Shown: positions 19,522-30,622 of the stretch, piece by piece
Layout of the letters: every line of letters starts with the position of its first letter
Position numbering within the stretch: the stretch's first letter is position 1
Assembly: GCA_002811645.1 (NCBI GenBank)
Contig: PDIP01000078.1
Coordinates: forward strand, 68,559 to 130,944
Source of the DNA: Corallochytrium limacisporum Hawaii
Taxonomy: Eukaryota; Protista; Pluriformea
Direction: 5' to 3'
Length of the DNA: 62,386 nt
Position numbers and translations under genes: made by a program
Notes under the pieces: model-generated
The model's database searches: none
Seen by the model: only the letters and a program-made list of their open reading frames with translations
What the model was told of the DNA's origin: nothing

Positions 19522-22500
19522 ATGCATGACTGGACTCCTGCTTATCATCAAGCGCACCAGCAATGGCAAGCGCATAGTTTAGGCGTGAATTCTGGTGGCG
19601 CAATGGTACATCTACTCCGGAACCTTGAACCTACATCATTATCAGATGACGACAATGTACCGGTTTCGTTATCTGAGCAACAGTTGGGTCCTATCGCCTT
19701 TTTCGGTGTGGGAGTAGTGTCCTTAGTGGTGGTACTGGGCTGGGGATTTTCACTCATGGTCCGTGTGCTGAGGCAAAAGCGAGCATCGAATCGCAGCACA
19801 GGCGTTGGAATAGGCGAGGACTCAGAGCATGCCCCTCTGCTGCCGCCAAACGGCAACACAATTCACCCTACCTCCATTGGAACACAGGGAAATTCTACAG
19901 ATGGATCGGACAAGACCATCTGGCACAGAAGGCATCGGTTGTACTACACAAGTGCCTACTTACTGACCATTGAGGCCATCGTTTCCATGGCCTGGTACAT
20001 AATGTACTTGTCTGAGGACAAGTCTCCAACGGATCCTCTGGCGTTTACCGCTGTCATTTTCGCGGGATCCACCATTCTCACCATACCTGTTGAGTATATT
20101 GAATGGTTTAAGTATCTTGGACGCGTGCATAGGTCGTCACAGGAGGGTAACGAGGGCCGTACCGTGACCTTTGACAACGTAGTGGCGTCAAGTTTTAGGG
20201 CTATTGGATGTCTTAGCGTAGTTGTGCTGATGCTGGCACGGTGGTACGACTACGGAAACGATGGTGGGGTGTCCTGTTGGTTCTTGATCGCTGTCGGTCT
20301 CTTATGTCTGGTCGAGGCCTTACTTGCCATTCTACGCTACAGTGTGCGCGAATGGGAATACGAGATTGATCCGGATGTGTCACCGGAAAGGTATGCTTCG
20401 GTGATCAGCCTGCTCTATTTCACCTGGGTGAATCCCATGCTTGAAGTTGGACTGCAGAAGTCTCTGGATATAGAAGATGTGCCTGATTTGCGGACCAGAG
20501 ATCAGTCAGAACGCGTGCACGAGGACTATTTGGCCACATACGGCAAGGAACCCCCCAGCGGATGGTTCCAGCTGGCCTGGCGTACTCTGGCTGTGCGGGG
20601 TCGTTTCTTTGCTTTGCAGAACTCCATGTCCCTGATTGCTTCTACAGTGACCTTTGCACAGCCCTTTTTCCTGTACCAAATTGTCCACTTTGTTGAAAAT
20701 TACGACAGCGGAAGCCGGGGACCATTGTGGCTGGCTCTGCTGTTTGTGTTTGGTCTTTTTTTCGGAAAGATCTTCGAGACCTGGGCTGACGGTACCAGCT
20801 ACTTCGCCGGACGGCGGGTAGGCATGGCGGTGCACAGCGTGCTGGTGGCCGAACTGTACCGCAAGGCCTTGAAGGTAGATCTCAACGCAACTCTGCTGAA
20901 GTCTGCTGCTGAGGAGGATGCCCAGCTCATTGCCCAGGCCCGGGCTGAGCGAGAACGACAAATGGAAGAAGCCGACAACCCATGGCTCACTCCCCGTAGC
21001 GGTCGGAGCAGTCGTAGCCATTCCATGAGCAGTGTCGGTGAGGGTGAAGAGATCCCCAATGCCACTGCCCGGCTCCTGCCTGATCAGCAAACTGCTGCCT
21101 CACCCGGTAACACCGAATCCAAGGAAAAGAACGGTGATCAGGCTGGAGCAACTGTAGGTGAGATTGCTAACCTGATGAGTGTAGATGCACGCAAGGTACA
21201 GGAACTATCCTGCTACCTGCCGTACCTATGGACAACTCCTGTGCAGGTTTGTATTTGTATGACTGGTCTGTATAAGGTGCTTGGCTGGCCCGCTTTCGTC
21301 GGTGTGGCTCTGATGGTTGTGCTGAGCCCTCTACAGATGCTGATATCAATGATCTACAGCCATTTCCAGACCCTGTTAATGAAGCGCAAGGACGAGCGCA
21401 TGAGCGTCATGAATGAAATTCTTGAGGGTATCCGCATAATCAAGCTCTTTGCCTGGGAGGAAGACTTCATTGAGAAGATCGAGGAGGTACGTCGCCGCGA
21501 GGTATCCTCTGTGGCCTCTTATATGTACACCTCAGCCTTCTCCGAAGTAATTTGGTTCGGAATTCCTAGCATGGTGTCCCTAGTCACTTTCCTGACCTAT
21601 GCTCTGTGCTCTCAGGAACCCCTGACTGCCACTAAGGCGTTCACTGCACTGACTTTGTTCAACACCCTTGGATTCCCACTCAATGTCCTGCCGGCCATGA
21701 TCAATGAGGTTGTCATGTCTCGTGTTTCCTTGAACCGGATTGTCGCTTTTCTGAATCGTGCCGAGGTCCAAGGCGTGCCCAAGGTGCAAGCCAAGGCCAG
21801 CTCCTGGCCAGATAGCAATGACGGCACCACACCTGGTCGTGTCATAGTCCGCAACGTTGACTTTCATTGGCATGACCAAGACGGCGCCACCACCAACCCC
21901 CCTTCTGCTGTCCCTGCCGGTGATGCCATGCACACAATCCTGCAGCAAGCTCATGCCCCTAGCGCGCCTGCCAGTCCGGCACGTCGCCGTGGTGCCGAAT
22001 CCTTCCGCATCCGGAATGTGACTCTGGACTTTCCCGCTGGGTCGTTCACAACTGTCATCGGGCTCACTGGTTCCGGTAAGAGCTCCCTGCTGCAGGGTAT
22101 CCTTGGCGAGATGCCACGCGACAATGTCAACAGCAACAGCAAGCTCCTGATCTATGGTTCGGTGGCCTATGTGTCTCAGCAGGCGACCATCCTGAACGCC
22201 ACCATTCGTGACAACATTTGCTTTGGCTACCCTTGGGATGAAAAGCGCTACTACCGCGTGTTGGTGGCTGCGTGCCTTGTGAATGACATCGCCAGCTTTG
22301 AGGGCGGAGATCTAACCGAGATTGGTGAAAAGGGTGTCACGCTCTCCGGTGGACAAAAGCAGCGTGTTTCTTTGGCCCGTGCGCTGTACTCTGATGCTGA
22401 TGTATACATCCTAGACGACTGCTTGAGCGCTCTTGACGCCTCGGTTGGTGCCTCCATAATGCGCCGTACCATTCTGGAGTTCTTGGCCAACAAGACTCGC

Positions 22501-25176
22501 ATCGTGGTGACGCACCAGACAGGCCTGGCCGTCCCTGCCTCCGACCGTGTGATTGTTATGGAAGACGGACGCGTTGCCTACCAAGGCCCGACCGGATCCC
22601 TTCCACAAGCATTTAAAGAGAAGCTGGTGCAAGCTCACGGTGGCGACGCTCATAAGAAGTCCAAACACGTCGCTGAAACACCGTCAGAAGAAACGGAGAC
22701 GCCTGTTGATACCGAATCTGAGGTAAGCATTAGCGGCAAGGAAGCCAGGGAGCGCGAGTATTTTGAAGCTCAACTGGTTGTGAACGCATCACAATTCAGC
22801 AGGGCTGTCGGTGAAGAGGAACGTGCCCGCGGCACCATCGCCTACGAAACGTACGCCACATATCTATCGGCTGCTGGTGGGGCGCCCTATTTGCTGGCTC
22901 TGATACCTCTTTTCGTGCTGGCACAGGGCGCCCAGGCCCTCCAATCCATGTGGCTACGCTACTGGATCGATGCAATGAGTAGGGAGAAGAACGCCGACGA
23001 CGACGGTCTGCACATTGGGAGCAAGGACTGGTACCTGACCATGTACATTATCATCAGCGTTATGGCCATGCTACTCCTGCTCGGTCGGTCGCTCATCACC
23101 GCTGTGGGCAGTGTGAACGCCTCAGTTAGCATGCACACGGCCCTACTTCGCCGTATCATGTCAGCCCCCATCTCTTTCTTTGATTCCACTCCACTTGGCC
23201 GCCTCATTAATCGTTTCGGTAATGACATCGCTGAGATTGATCAAATGGTTTTCCCTGCCATCACTACGTTTTTCCAGTGCTGTTTGCAGCTCATTACGGT
23301 CGTGGGCATTGTGGCCATGGGCGTACCGCTCTTCTTGGTTGCCTTCATCTTCATTGCCATCTGGCTTGTGGACATTGGGCGTACTTATCTGCGCTCGTCC
23401 CGAGAACTGAAGCGCTTGGATGCAATCTCCAAGAGTCCGACATATGCGCTGTTTACGGAGACGCTACAAGGCGGACCTACTGTGCGTTGTTACGACGGTG
23501 CTGCCGAGCGCTTCAACAGTGAAAACTACCGGCGCCTGGACGTCAACCACAAGGCCTTCCATTTCCTGTGGGCATCTAACCGATGGCTTGCGTGCCGCCT
23601 GCAACACGTCGGTGCCACCGTATCTCTAACCGCCGGTCTCCTGGCTGTCTACTCAGTTGGATCCTTGAGCCCTGCTTTGGTTGGTCTCTCTCTGAGCTAC
23701 GCATTGCAGTTCACTGATGCCGTGCTGTGGATTATTCGATTCCAGGCCATGGTCGAGATGGAGATGAACTCAGTCGAGCGTGTCGTCGAGTACTCCACAG
23801 TTGATGTTGAGAATGCGGAGCCGAGCAAGGTCGCCCTGCCCCCAAAGTGGCCCCAGGCAGGTGCCATTGAGATCCGTGATTTGTGGATCGGCTACAAACC
23901 AGTCTCCGATAGCCGCAGCTCCAATGGAGATGATAAAAAGCAGCGAGTGCCCAAGGACGCGGAGCAGCGTCTGAGGGAAGGTGGCACCGTGCCTGGCGGC
24001 AACAGTGGTCCATCTACGACCGCGGCCTATGCCCTCAAGGGCATTACCCTGACCATTCCGGCCGCGTGCAAGGTCGGGGTGGTAGGTCGCACCGGAGCTG
24101 GCAAATCGACGATGGCCATGTCCCTCTTTCGTTTGGTAGAGCCAGCCCGCGGGACATTCCTGATTGACGGCATTGACTGCCTAGAAGTAAGCCTGAAGGA
24201 CCTGCGTCGTGGCATTGCCATCATTCCCCAAGATCCTACTCTCTTTTCCGGTACGGTCCGGTCCAACCTGGACCCCTTTGGTGAGCACGACGACACGTCT
24301 CTGTGGCAGGCTCTTCGAAAAGTGCATATGGGTGACGTCATTGCCCAGTACTCGCAGGCACTCAATGCTGATGTTGCGTCCGGTGGTTCCAACTTCAGTC
24401 TCGGCCAGCGGCAATTGCTGTGTATGGCCCGTGCTCTGCTGCACCGTTCACGCATTCTGATTATGGACGAAGCCACCGCCTCCGTCGATTCTCACACCGA
24501 CGGTCTTATCCAACACTCCATCCGCCGAGAGTTCAAGCACTGCACCATCATTTGCATTGCCCATCGTCTGCGTACCGTGGCCGATTACGATCGCATTCTT
24601 GTCCTGGAAAAGGGCGAGGTCTCCGAATACGGCCACCCAAGCGTGCTGCTCGAGGCCGGTGAGCGCGTCATCGAGGGCATTGACATAGAGACACAACAGC
24701 GCCGTAAACGCGAGAACAGTGAGCATCAGCCATACCTCACGGTCGGGGAAGGCGATGAAGAGCCTTCCGTTTCCACCGAGACATTCCGCACCGCTCGCGG
24801 CCCGCAATCGGCTTCGTCAGGTCCGCAATCTTCGCAAACCACTTCTGTGAACCCGGCTGCTGCCGTCGCAACAAGCGACATCCGGAGCTCCCACTCTCTG
24901 CCTGACGTCACCGTCGTGGACGATAGTCAGTACACAGGCGCGTACTATCGTCTATGCCGTGAGACTGGCGAGTACGAGATTTTGGTGAAGATGTCGCAGG
25001 GCATGTCGACGCTGCGGCGCAGCGTGAAGCGTGATATGGTCGACTCCGGCGGCCACCTTGGCTACGCCCCTAGTTTCCACCAGAGCCCCTCCACACCCGC
25101 AATTGAGGAAGCTAGTTACATGGAATTGTCCGAGTACTCTGTGCCGCAGATCACTGGCGACGTATTGTTCAAGTGA
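19522..25176 (+). CDS. ABCC/MRP-family ABC transporter (Ybt1/Bpt1-like)
   Basis: TMD0-like N-terminus; SPERYASVISLLYFTWVNP lasso motif; NBD1 GLTGSGKSS / LSGGQKQR / YILDD; NBD2 GRTGAGKST / FSLGQRQL / LIMDEATASVD / IAHRL. Alternative start at 19603. Confidence 0.96.
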   Translation: MHDWTPAYHQAHQQWQAHSLGVNSGGAMVHLLRNLEPTSLSDDDNVPVSLSEQQLGPIAFFGVGVVSLVVVLGWGFSLMVRVLRQKRASNRSTGVGIGEDSEHAPLLPPNGNTIHPTSIGTQGNSTDGSDKTIWHRRHRLYYTSAYLLTIEAIVSMAWYIMYLSEDKSPTDPLAFTAVIFAGSTILTIPVEYIEWFKYLGRVHRSSQEGNEGRTVTFDNVVASSFRAIGCLSVVVLMLARWYDYGNDGGVSCWFLIAVGLLCLVEALLAILRYSVREWEYEIDPDVSPERYASVISLLYFTWVNPMLEVGLQKSLDIEDVPDLRTRDQSERVHEDYLATYGKEPPSGWFQLAWRTLAVRGRFFALQNSMSLIASTVTFAQPFFLYQIVHFVENYDSGSRGPLWLALLFVFGLFFGKIFETWADGTSYFAGRRVGMAVHSVLVAELYRKALKVDLNATLLKSAAEEDAQLIAQARAERERQMEEADNPWLTPRSGRSSRSHSMSSVGEGEEIPNATARLLPDQQTAASPGNTESKEKNGDQAGATVGEIANLMSVDARKVQELSCYLPYLWTTPVQVCICMTGLYKVLGWPAFVGVALMVVLSPLQMLISMIYSHFQTLLMKRKDERMSVMNEILEGIRIIKLFAWEEDFIEKIEEVRRREVSSVASYMYTSAFSEVIWFGIPSMVSLVTFLTYALCSQEPLTATKAFTALTLFNTLGFPLNVLPAMINEVVMSRVSLNRIVAFLNRAEVQGVPKVQAKASSWPDSNDGTTPGRVIVRNVDFHWHDQDGATTNPPSAVPAGDAMHTILQQAHAPSAPASPARRRGAESFRIRNVTLDFPAGSFTTVIGLTGSGKSSLLQGILGEMPRDNVNSNSKLLIYGSVAYVSQQATILNATIRDNICFGYPWDEKRYYRVLVAACLVNDIASFEGGDLTEIGEKGVTLSGGQKQRVSLARALYSDADVYILDDCLSALDASVGASIMRRTILEFLANKTRIVVTHQTGLAVPASDRVIVMEDGRVAYQGPTGSLPQAFKEKLVQAHGGDAHKKSKHVAETPSEETETPVDTESEVSISGKEAREREYFEAQLVVNASQFSRAVGEEERARGTIAYETYATYLSAAGGAPYLLALIPLFVLAQGAQALQSMWLRYWIDAMSREKNADDDGLHIGSKDWYLTMYIIISVMAMLLLLGRSLITAVGSVNASVSMHTALLRRIMSAPISFFDSTPLGRLINRFGNDIAEIDQMVFPAITTFFQCCLQLITVVGIVAMGVPLFLVAFIFIAIWLVDIGRTYLRSSRELKRLDAISKSPTYALFTETLQGGPTVRCYDGAAERFNSENYRRLDVNHKAFHFLWASNRWLACRLQHVGATVSLTAGLLAVYSVGSLSPALVGLSLSYALQFTDAVLWIIRFQAMVEMEMNSVERVVEYSTVDVENAEPSKVALPPKWPQAGAIEIRDLWIGYKPVSDSRSSNGDDKKQRVPKDAEQRLREGGTVPGGNSGPSTTAAYALKGITLTIPAACKVGVVGRTGAGKSTMAMSLFRLVEPARGTFLIDGIDCLEVSLKDLRRGIAIIPQDPTLFSGTVRSNLDPFGEHDDTSLWQALRKVHMGDVIAQYSQALNADVASGGSNFSLGQRQLLCMARALLHRSRILIMDEATASVDSHTDGLIQHSIRREFKHCTIICIAHRLRTVADYDRILVLEKGEVSEYGHPSVLLEAGERVIEGIDIETQQRRKRENSEHQPYLTVGEGDEEPSVSTETFRTARGPQSASSGPQSSQTTSVNPAAAVATSDIRSSHSLPDVTVVDDSQYTGAYYRLCRETGEYEILVKMSQGMSTLRRSVKRDMVDSGGHLGYAPSFHQSPSTPAIEEASYMELSEYSVPQITGDVLFK

Positions 25177-25504
25177 ATGAAACCCAACACAGAGCAACAA
25201 ATCTGTGATGACATAATAAATATTAAAAAGACATACCATCGGTTGTGAGGGTCCTATGGGGCCCGTCACCCACTCACCAGCTTGTGTTGACAATTGCCGC
25301 GTTGTTTCCACCTTATGTACAGTGGGACTCAAAACTTAGAGCACTGAAGGTGATCTCATATAGATTGTGTATGGATATATTGTATGAGCTTTGTGTTCGT
25401 GATGTGTAATGTGTGCTTATGAAAAAAGGGTATGATGAGTTTGATCATGCTACATTGTTGCATATGATCATGGTGATGGGGCCAAACGTAAGGGCCCTTC
25501 AACT

Positions 25505-28500
25505 TTAGCGGGTACCATGGCGAGCATAGCGAATACCACAGTAGGTGATGGTGCCAAAGATGAAGATCCAGGCAAACAGGGTGACCAAGTTGGGCCACAA
25601 CAGGTCCTCACGAATACCGTTGTCATCCAGATACTGCTCACCGTCCACATACTCGCAGTAGCTGCAGGCTGTGGCATTGAAGGTTTCGTAGTTGGTCAGG
25701 GTGGTATCGGTGCCGTAGACGATGTCGTTGTAGTCCTCGCAGGTGCCAGTCGGAGGCGCCTCAAAGATGACGAGTTCACTTTCGTCACAGGTGAAACTGC
25801 CGTCGCGGAGTACCAGGACAGACAGCGAGCTCAGAGCCATGCGGTACGGGTTCATCCAGTACAGCCAGATAAAGTAGTCAGGGATACGGGGTTGGATAAG
25901 CAGGAAGCCAGCAAACAAGTTGAAGGCGGAAAAGATGGCTGGAGCAAGGTTTTGACCATCCAGCAAAGTTGGGGACCAGGCTGCAACAGACTGACCAAAG
26001 GCGGTGATGGTAATCTGGAAGACCACAAAGAACAGAAGCCACGCAAAGAAGGCACCGGCGCGTCCATCGGAGTCGAGCTGGTCCTGGAAACCGACCAAGA
26101 AGTAAAGAATCGGAGAGAAGACCAGAGCCGCGCCAATGGCAAACGGCAGCTCGGACACAAAGACACCGACAAAGTGTGTGAAGTCATTGTAGTAGCCAGA
26201 CGCCCGTTCACGGTAGAAGACAGCACGTGCAGCAGTGAGCGGGGACATAACCGCCAGAATGGTAACACCACCAACAATGATGATGTAGTAGTTCACGGCC
26301 ACTCGGTTGCGCAGATCGGCCTGATTGGAAGTCAGGTTAAGGAAGGTGAGACCCACGATCAAGGCAATCACAATGGCCTGGAGGAAACGGCTGGTGTTGT
26401 ACGCAGGGGAGCGAACGTGACGATTCAGTTGGCGTCCGACCTCGGTACGGACCTGGACAGACTGAGACACGGCGAAACGGTTCTCGAAGGATACAGGGGT
26501 TGCTTCCTGCGGCGGATATGCTGCCACTGCGTCAGTCTTTCCGTCGATGGCATCGCCACCAGCCTTCTCAGGGTCATTAGAGTCTGAGTATTGGTGCTTA
26601 ACGCGCGTCTGGTGGGAGCGCCCACGCAAGCGGGTGCGCAGTGCACTGTTGTCTTCAGAGTCAAGCCAAGTGTGGTGCCAGTTTTGTTCCATGCGGGAAC
26701 CGACACCAGCTCCAATGACCTTCAGCATGTAATCGGCAGGGTTTTCGTCGCTGGCGGGAGCCTCGGCACCATTTCCTTCCAGATATTTGATGAGGAGAGT
26801 AGATTCATTTCCCAGGGGACCAAAGTATACCATCTGTCCACCGCGCTGCATGAGCAGCAAATTGTCAAACATTTCAAAGATTTCAGTGGACGGCTGATGG
26901 ATGGTGGCAATGCAGGCACGACCAGAGTCGGCGATACGGCGAATGGTACGCATGACGATGAGAGCAGCCTTGGTATCCAGACCGGAGGTCGGTTCGTCCA
27001 GGAAAACAATGGACGGCTTAGCAACCAGCTCAACACCCATAGTTACACGCTTGCGGGTGGCCAGCGGGAGACCGATGCCAATGTCAGCGCCACCGATGAT
27101 AGCATCTTCGACGTCCAACAATTCAAGCGTGACCATGGTGTCATAGATGATCTCCTCGCGCTCCTCGTCAGTTACAGAAGCGGGCAAACGGAGACGGGCG
27201 GCGTAGCTGAGGGCTTCACGGACAGAGAAGCGCGGCAGATGAATATCCTGCTGCTCGACGTAGCCAATAAGACGGTGGAAATTGTCGTCCTGGGGCATAC
27301 CGTTGACCATGATATCGCCCGAGATGTGGCCGCCAGTCTTGCGTTTGGCCAGGACATCGAGGAGAGTAGACTTACCAGCACCGGAAGAACCCATCAGAGC
27401 GGTGACCGTGCCAGGTTCTACATAACCCCACACGTTGTCCAGCAGGCGCTTCTTGTTGTTGTAGTCGGAGGGGGCGTCCTTGGGTACGGGAATATCAACT
27501 TCATAGACGAGGTTACGCCAGTAGAAGTAGACCGGAGGAAGCTTAAGGTCGCCGACCTGGTTAGTCTTGAGCACTGTGGTCGTGTTGTCGGACACCTCGT
27601 CAGACTCTGGGCCGGTCAAGTTCACCTTGCCCGGTTGCTTGGGGGCGCCGTCATCGGAATACTCGCCGCTATTGGAGTGCTCGTTGTCCTCGATGGCAGC
27701 CGCAGCGGCGGCCTTGGCCTTGCTAGAGTTGCCCTCCGACACGTAAGCGGCGCCCGCGTGCCTGCGCTTGAAGACCACAAGGGATTCGTAGGCATTGCCG
27801 AATCGCAGCTTGCCGAGAAGGACAGTGCTGATCAGAGCAAAGATCGTGGCATAGGCGAGCAGGACGAAGAGGTACAGCCAGCGCAGGCCAGCTTCCTCTA
27901 CAACATCAAAACGTTCGCGAATAAATTCAAGACCGTCGCCGTTGCCAGGGATGGGACAGGCCTGCAGGGCCGGGTCGGTGTTCACGTTCCCACCCAGGTC
28001 GGCCACAGCGGAAGCTGGAGGAACCAGCTCCGACTCGTCACATCCCAGACCGAGACCGGAGAATTCGTTGAGCAGCAAGCCAGTGAAGCTGTAGCGCAGG
28101 GGTGACGACCAGTAGAGCCAGATGAGCCAGTCCGGGATCGAGAGGCGGGGAATCAGGAAGCCGGCAAACAGGGCAAAGAGCAGAATAGTGGAACCGGCAC
28201 CGAGCTGCGCGTACGGAGTGTAGCCGACACCCACAGCCCACATGCGAATGTACCCACTCAATGCCACGTCGGTGGCCCAGAAAGCGAGCCAGAAGTAGAA
28301 GAAGGCAGCGGCATTGGTGCGGAACCCGACCAAGAAGTACACAATGAATGCAAAGAGACCCGTTTCTAGCACAGTCCAGGGAATGTCCTCGATGGTCACA
28401 GCAGCCACGTATGCTCCAGGACCGTAGAATGATGCGTCTGAATGCTTGTAGTAGACGGCACGGCGGTTCATCAGAACGGGAATGAATCCGAAACTGAGCA

Positions 28501-30622
28501 GAGCAACATAAGACAGCGCAAAGAAGAATAGACCAGCACGGCTGAAGGCACCGACAGCATTGTCAGGCACGTTCAGGAAGGACAGGGCCAGCAGGATGGC
28601 CACAATCAGCATACGGAACAGACGGCGGTAGATGGGGCGTGGATCCTTGCGAATCAGTGTGCTCTGACGCCAAATCAACAGCTTCAACTGGTGCCAGAAA
28701 GTTACTGCATACTGGCTCTCGAAGCCCTTCTTGGCGTCGAAGCACTGGCATTCGGGCAATTCGGCCACCAGCTGGCTGCGATCATCCAGCACTTTACGCA
28801 CACGCTTGTGCAGGTCAGACTTCATGTATGCCTTGCGCAGGGTGTCCGCATTAGCGACCATACCGTTACGGAGCTGCATGACGGCGCCCTTGTCGACATC
28901 AAAGTTTTCGTTCATCTCACTGAAGCTCATGACACTGCCCTGAGAATGCAGACTGGGGCGGCGGCGGCCACCGTTGATGTCGCCCGTCTCAATGTCTCCG
29001 TTGGCCCCCAGGCCAATACCCGGACTGCCCGGTGTGTTCGGTTGGCTCATGGTGACCATAGTGCGGTAGTGAGCCTTCTGATAGTCCTTGGCACTGCGGT
29101 CCCGGATAGCCGTAATGTCAAGACCGATGGTGGACAGGAAGTCGGGCACGGTGCGGCGTGCGGGTACCTTCAGACCGAGCGTACCAAAGTACGGCACTGC
29201 CGCCTTGGGCGGCCCGAAGAATACCTGCTTACCCTCTTTCAGCACCAGCACGTTGTCGAACTCTTCGTAGATTTCCTTCCGGGCTTGGTACTGAGTTAAA
29301 ATGACAGTCAAACCCGTGATGCGCGCAATCAGTTTCAGTGTGCGCACAATATCCAGGGCGGCAGCACTGTCCAGACCATTGGTATATCCGTCCATTACCA
29401 AAACTTTGGCACCAGTGACCATGGCCTCGCCAATGCTCACGCGGCGCTTCTCACCACCGCTCACACCGCGCAGGAGGTCGTCACCGACCGGTGTATTCCG
29501 CACGTGAGACAGACCCAGCATACGCAGAGCATTGTCAATGGTCAGCTGGATCCGCTGCTGGCGGTTCGGCATATTCAGAGGCGTGCGCATCTCAGCGGCC
29601 AGCCGCAGAGTCTCTTCCACAGTCAGAGCCGGAAGATGCACGTCCTCCTCGGCGACATGAATAATGCGGGGGCGGTACTTGTCAAATTCATTTTTCTCGC
29701 CATTGTAGTAGATGGCACCTTCAATGCGCTTGAAGGCACTGTGCTTGCCAGCCAGGGCCTGCAGCAGAGTAGTGCAGCCACTGCCGGGTGGTCCCAGCAC
29801 CAGCACCATCTGTCCGGCCTTTGCGTAGCCTTCAAGGCCGCTCACCAATGAACGTTCGAGTTGACCCCGGCGGCCCCGGGGCTCCTCGTAGCCCATGCCC
29901 TCCTTGCAGTGGCGATAGGTCTTTTTGATCGAGTGCTTGATATTGTGGAAGGTGTCACCGACCTCGCCCAAGACCTCGCGCTCACGCTCCTCAACGACAA
30001 TGGACAAGTCATCCCAAGCGACTGTCACGTCGGCAGATTCCCACATATCCCGTCGGGACAGGTCCTCCAGGCGTTCGTAGTACTCGCTGGTGTCTACGTT
30101 GCCCTGCTGGTCCCGCAGCAATTCTCCGAGGCGCAATAGTGAGGCCTGCGTCTGTGTGTCGCCCCGAGGAAGCTTACCTCCTTCCTTCTCGCGCCTCGTA
30201 ATCTTCCTGACCTTGTCCAGATATTCACGTATTGACCGGACGGTGGACTGATTCTGGTCTTCATAGTCACTGTCACCCTGACTGGCTCCCTGGGCCAGCG
30301 GGCTCTTTGAACTATTTCCGCGCTTGCCGATGCCGGCGATGAAATCCTTGAAACTACGCAGAGAGAGCTGGTTCTGCTGTTCGTTCTGTTCCTCCTCATT
30401 GGTGTCCAGGGTATTACCGTGGCGCCCTTGGGAGTGGAGATCGACCAGGCTCCTCACATGGTCACGGTTCTCCTCTGTATGCGTTTCCGCGGGCTGTTGG
30501 ACCGACTCGTTGGAGTCTGTTGGGGTGGCATTGTTAGCTGTCTCGTCTTCGGCAACGTCCGCATGACTGGTGACTACGAAACGCGGCGCTTTCCGGACGG
30601 GTTGCTTTTCATTATCGCTCAT
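25505..30622 (-). CDS. Full-size ABCG (PDR-type) ABC transporter
   Basis: NBD-TMD-NBD-TMD order; NBD1 GPPGSGCTT / VSGGEKRRVSIGE; NBD2 GSSGAGKST / FLDEPTSGLD / TIHQPS; Cys-containing extracellular loops. First ATG is 30622. Confidence 0.96.
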   Translation of the reverse strand: MSDNEKQPVRKAPRFVVTSHADVAEDETANNATPTDSNESVQQPAETHTEENRDHVRSLVDLHSQGRHGNTLDTNEEEQNEQQNQLSLRSFKDFIAGIGKRGNSSKSPLAQGASQGDSDYEDQNQSTVRSIREYLDKVRKITRREKEGGKLPRGDTQTQASLLRLGELLRDQQGNVDTSEYYERLEDLSRRDMWESADVTVAWDDLSIVVEEREREVLGEVGDTFHNIKHSIKKTYRHCKEGMGYEEPRGRRGQLERSLVSGLEGYAKAGQMVLVLGPPGSGCTTLLQALAGKHSAFKRIEGAIYYNGEKNEFDKYRPRIIHVAEEDVHLPALTVEETLRLAAEMRTPLNMPNRQQRIQLTIDNALRMLGLSHVRNTPVGDDLLRGVSGGEKRRVSIGEAMVTGAKVLVMDGYTNGLDSAAALDIVRTLKLIARITGLTVILTQYQARKEIYEEFDNVLVLKEGKQVFFGPPKAAVPYFGTLGLKVPARRTVPDFLSTIGLDITAIRDRSAKDYQKAHYRTMVTMSQPNTPGSPGIGLGANGDIETGDINGGRRRPSLHSQGSVMSFSEMNENFDVDKGAVMQLRNGMVANADTLRKAYMKSDLHKRVRKVLDDRSQLVAELPECQCFDAKKGFESQYAVTFWHQLKLLIWRQSTLIRKDPRPIYRRLFRMLIVAILLALSFLNVPDNAVGAFSRAGLFFFALSYVALLSFGFIPVLMNRRAVYYKHSDASFYGPGAYVAAVTIEDIPWTVLETGLFAFIVYFLVGFRTNAAAFFYFWLAFWATDVALSGYIRMWAVGVGYTPYAQLGAGSTILLFALFAGFLIPRLSIPDWLIWLYWSSPLRYSFTGLLLNEFSGLGLGCDESELVPPASAVADLGGNVNTDPALQACPIPGNGDGLEFIRERFDVVEEAGLRWLYLFVLLAYATIFALISTVLLGKLRFGNAYESLVVFKRRHAGAAYVSEGNSSKAKAAAAAAIEDNEHSNSGEYSDDGAPKQPGKVNLTGPESDEVSDNTTTVLKTNQVGDLKLPPVYFYWRNLVYEVDIPVPKDAPSDYNNKKRLLDNVWGYVEPGTVTALMGSSGAGKSTLLDVLAKRKTGGHISGDIMVNGMPQDDNFHRLIGYVEQQDIHLPRFSVREALSYAARLRLPASVTDEEREEIIYDTMVTLELLDVEDAIIGGADIGIGLPLATRKRVTMGVELVAKPSIVFLDEPTSGLDTKAALIVMRTIRRIADSGRACIATIHQPSTEIFEMFDNLLLMQRGGQMVYFGPLGNESTLLIKYLEGNGAEAPASDENPADYMLKVIGAGVGSRMEQNWHHTWLDSEDNSALRTRLRGRSHQTRVKHQYSDSNDPEKAGGDAIDGKTDAVAAYPPQEATPVSFENRFAVSQSVQVRTEVGRQLNRHVRSPAYNTSRFLQAIVIALIVGLTFLNLTSNQADLRNRVAVNYYIIIVGGVTILAVMSPLTAARAVFYRERASGYYNDFTHFVGVFVSELPFAIGAALVFSPILYFLVGFQDQLDSDGRAGAFFAWLLFFVVFQITITAFGQSVAAWSPTLLDGQNLAPAIFSAFNLFAGFLLIQPRIPDYFIWLYWMNPYRMALSSLSVLVLRDGSFTCDESELVIFEAPPTGTCEDYNDIVYGTDTTLTNYETFNATACSYCEYVDGEQYLDDNGIREDLLWPNLVTLFAWIFIFGTITYCGIRYARHGTR

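Noticed and set aside
25517-29299. Long plus-strand ORFs (356, 504 and 202 aa)
   Set aside because: Antisense shadows of the codon-biased PDR gene.
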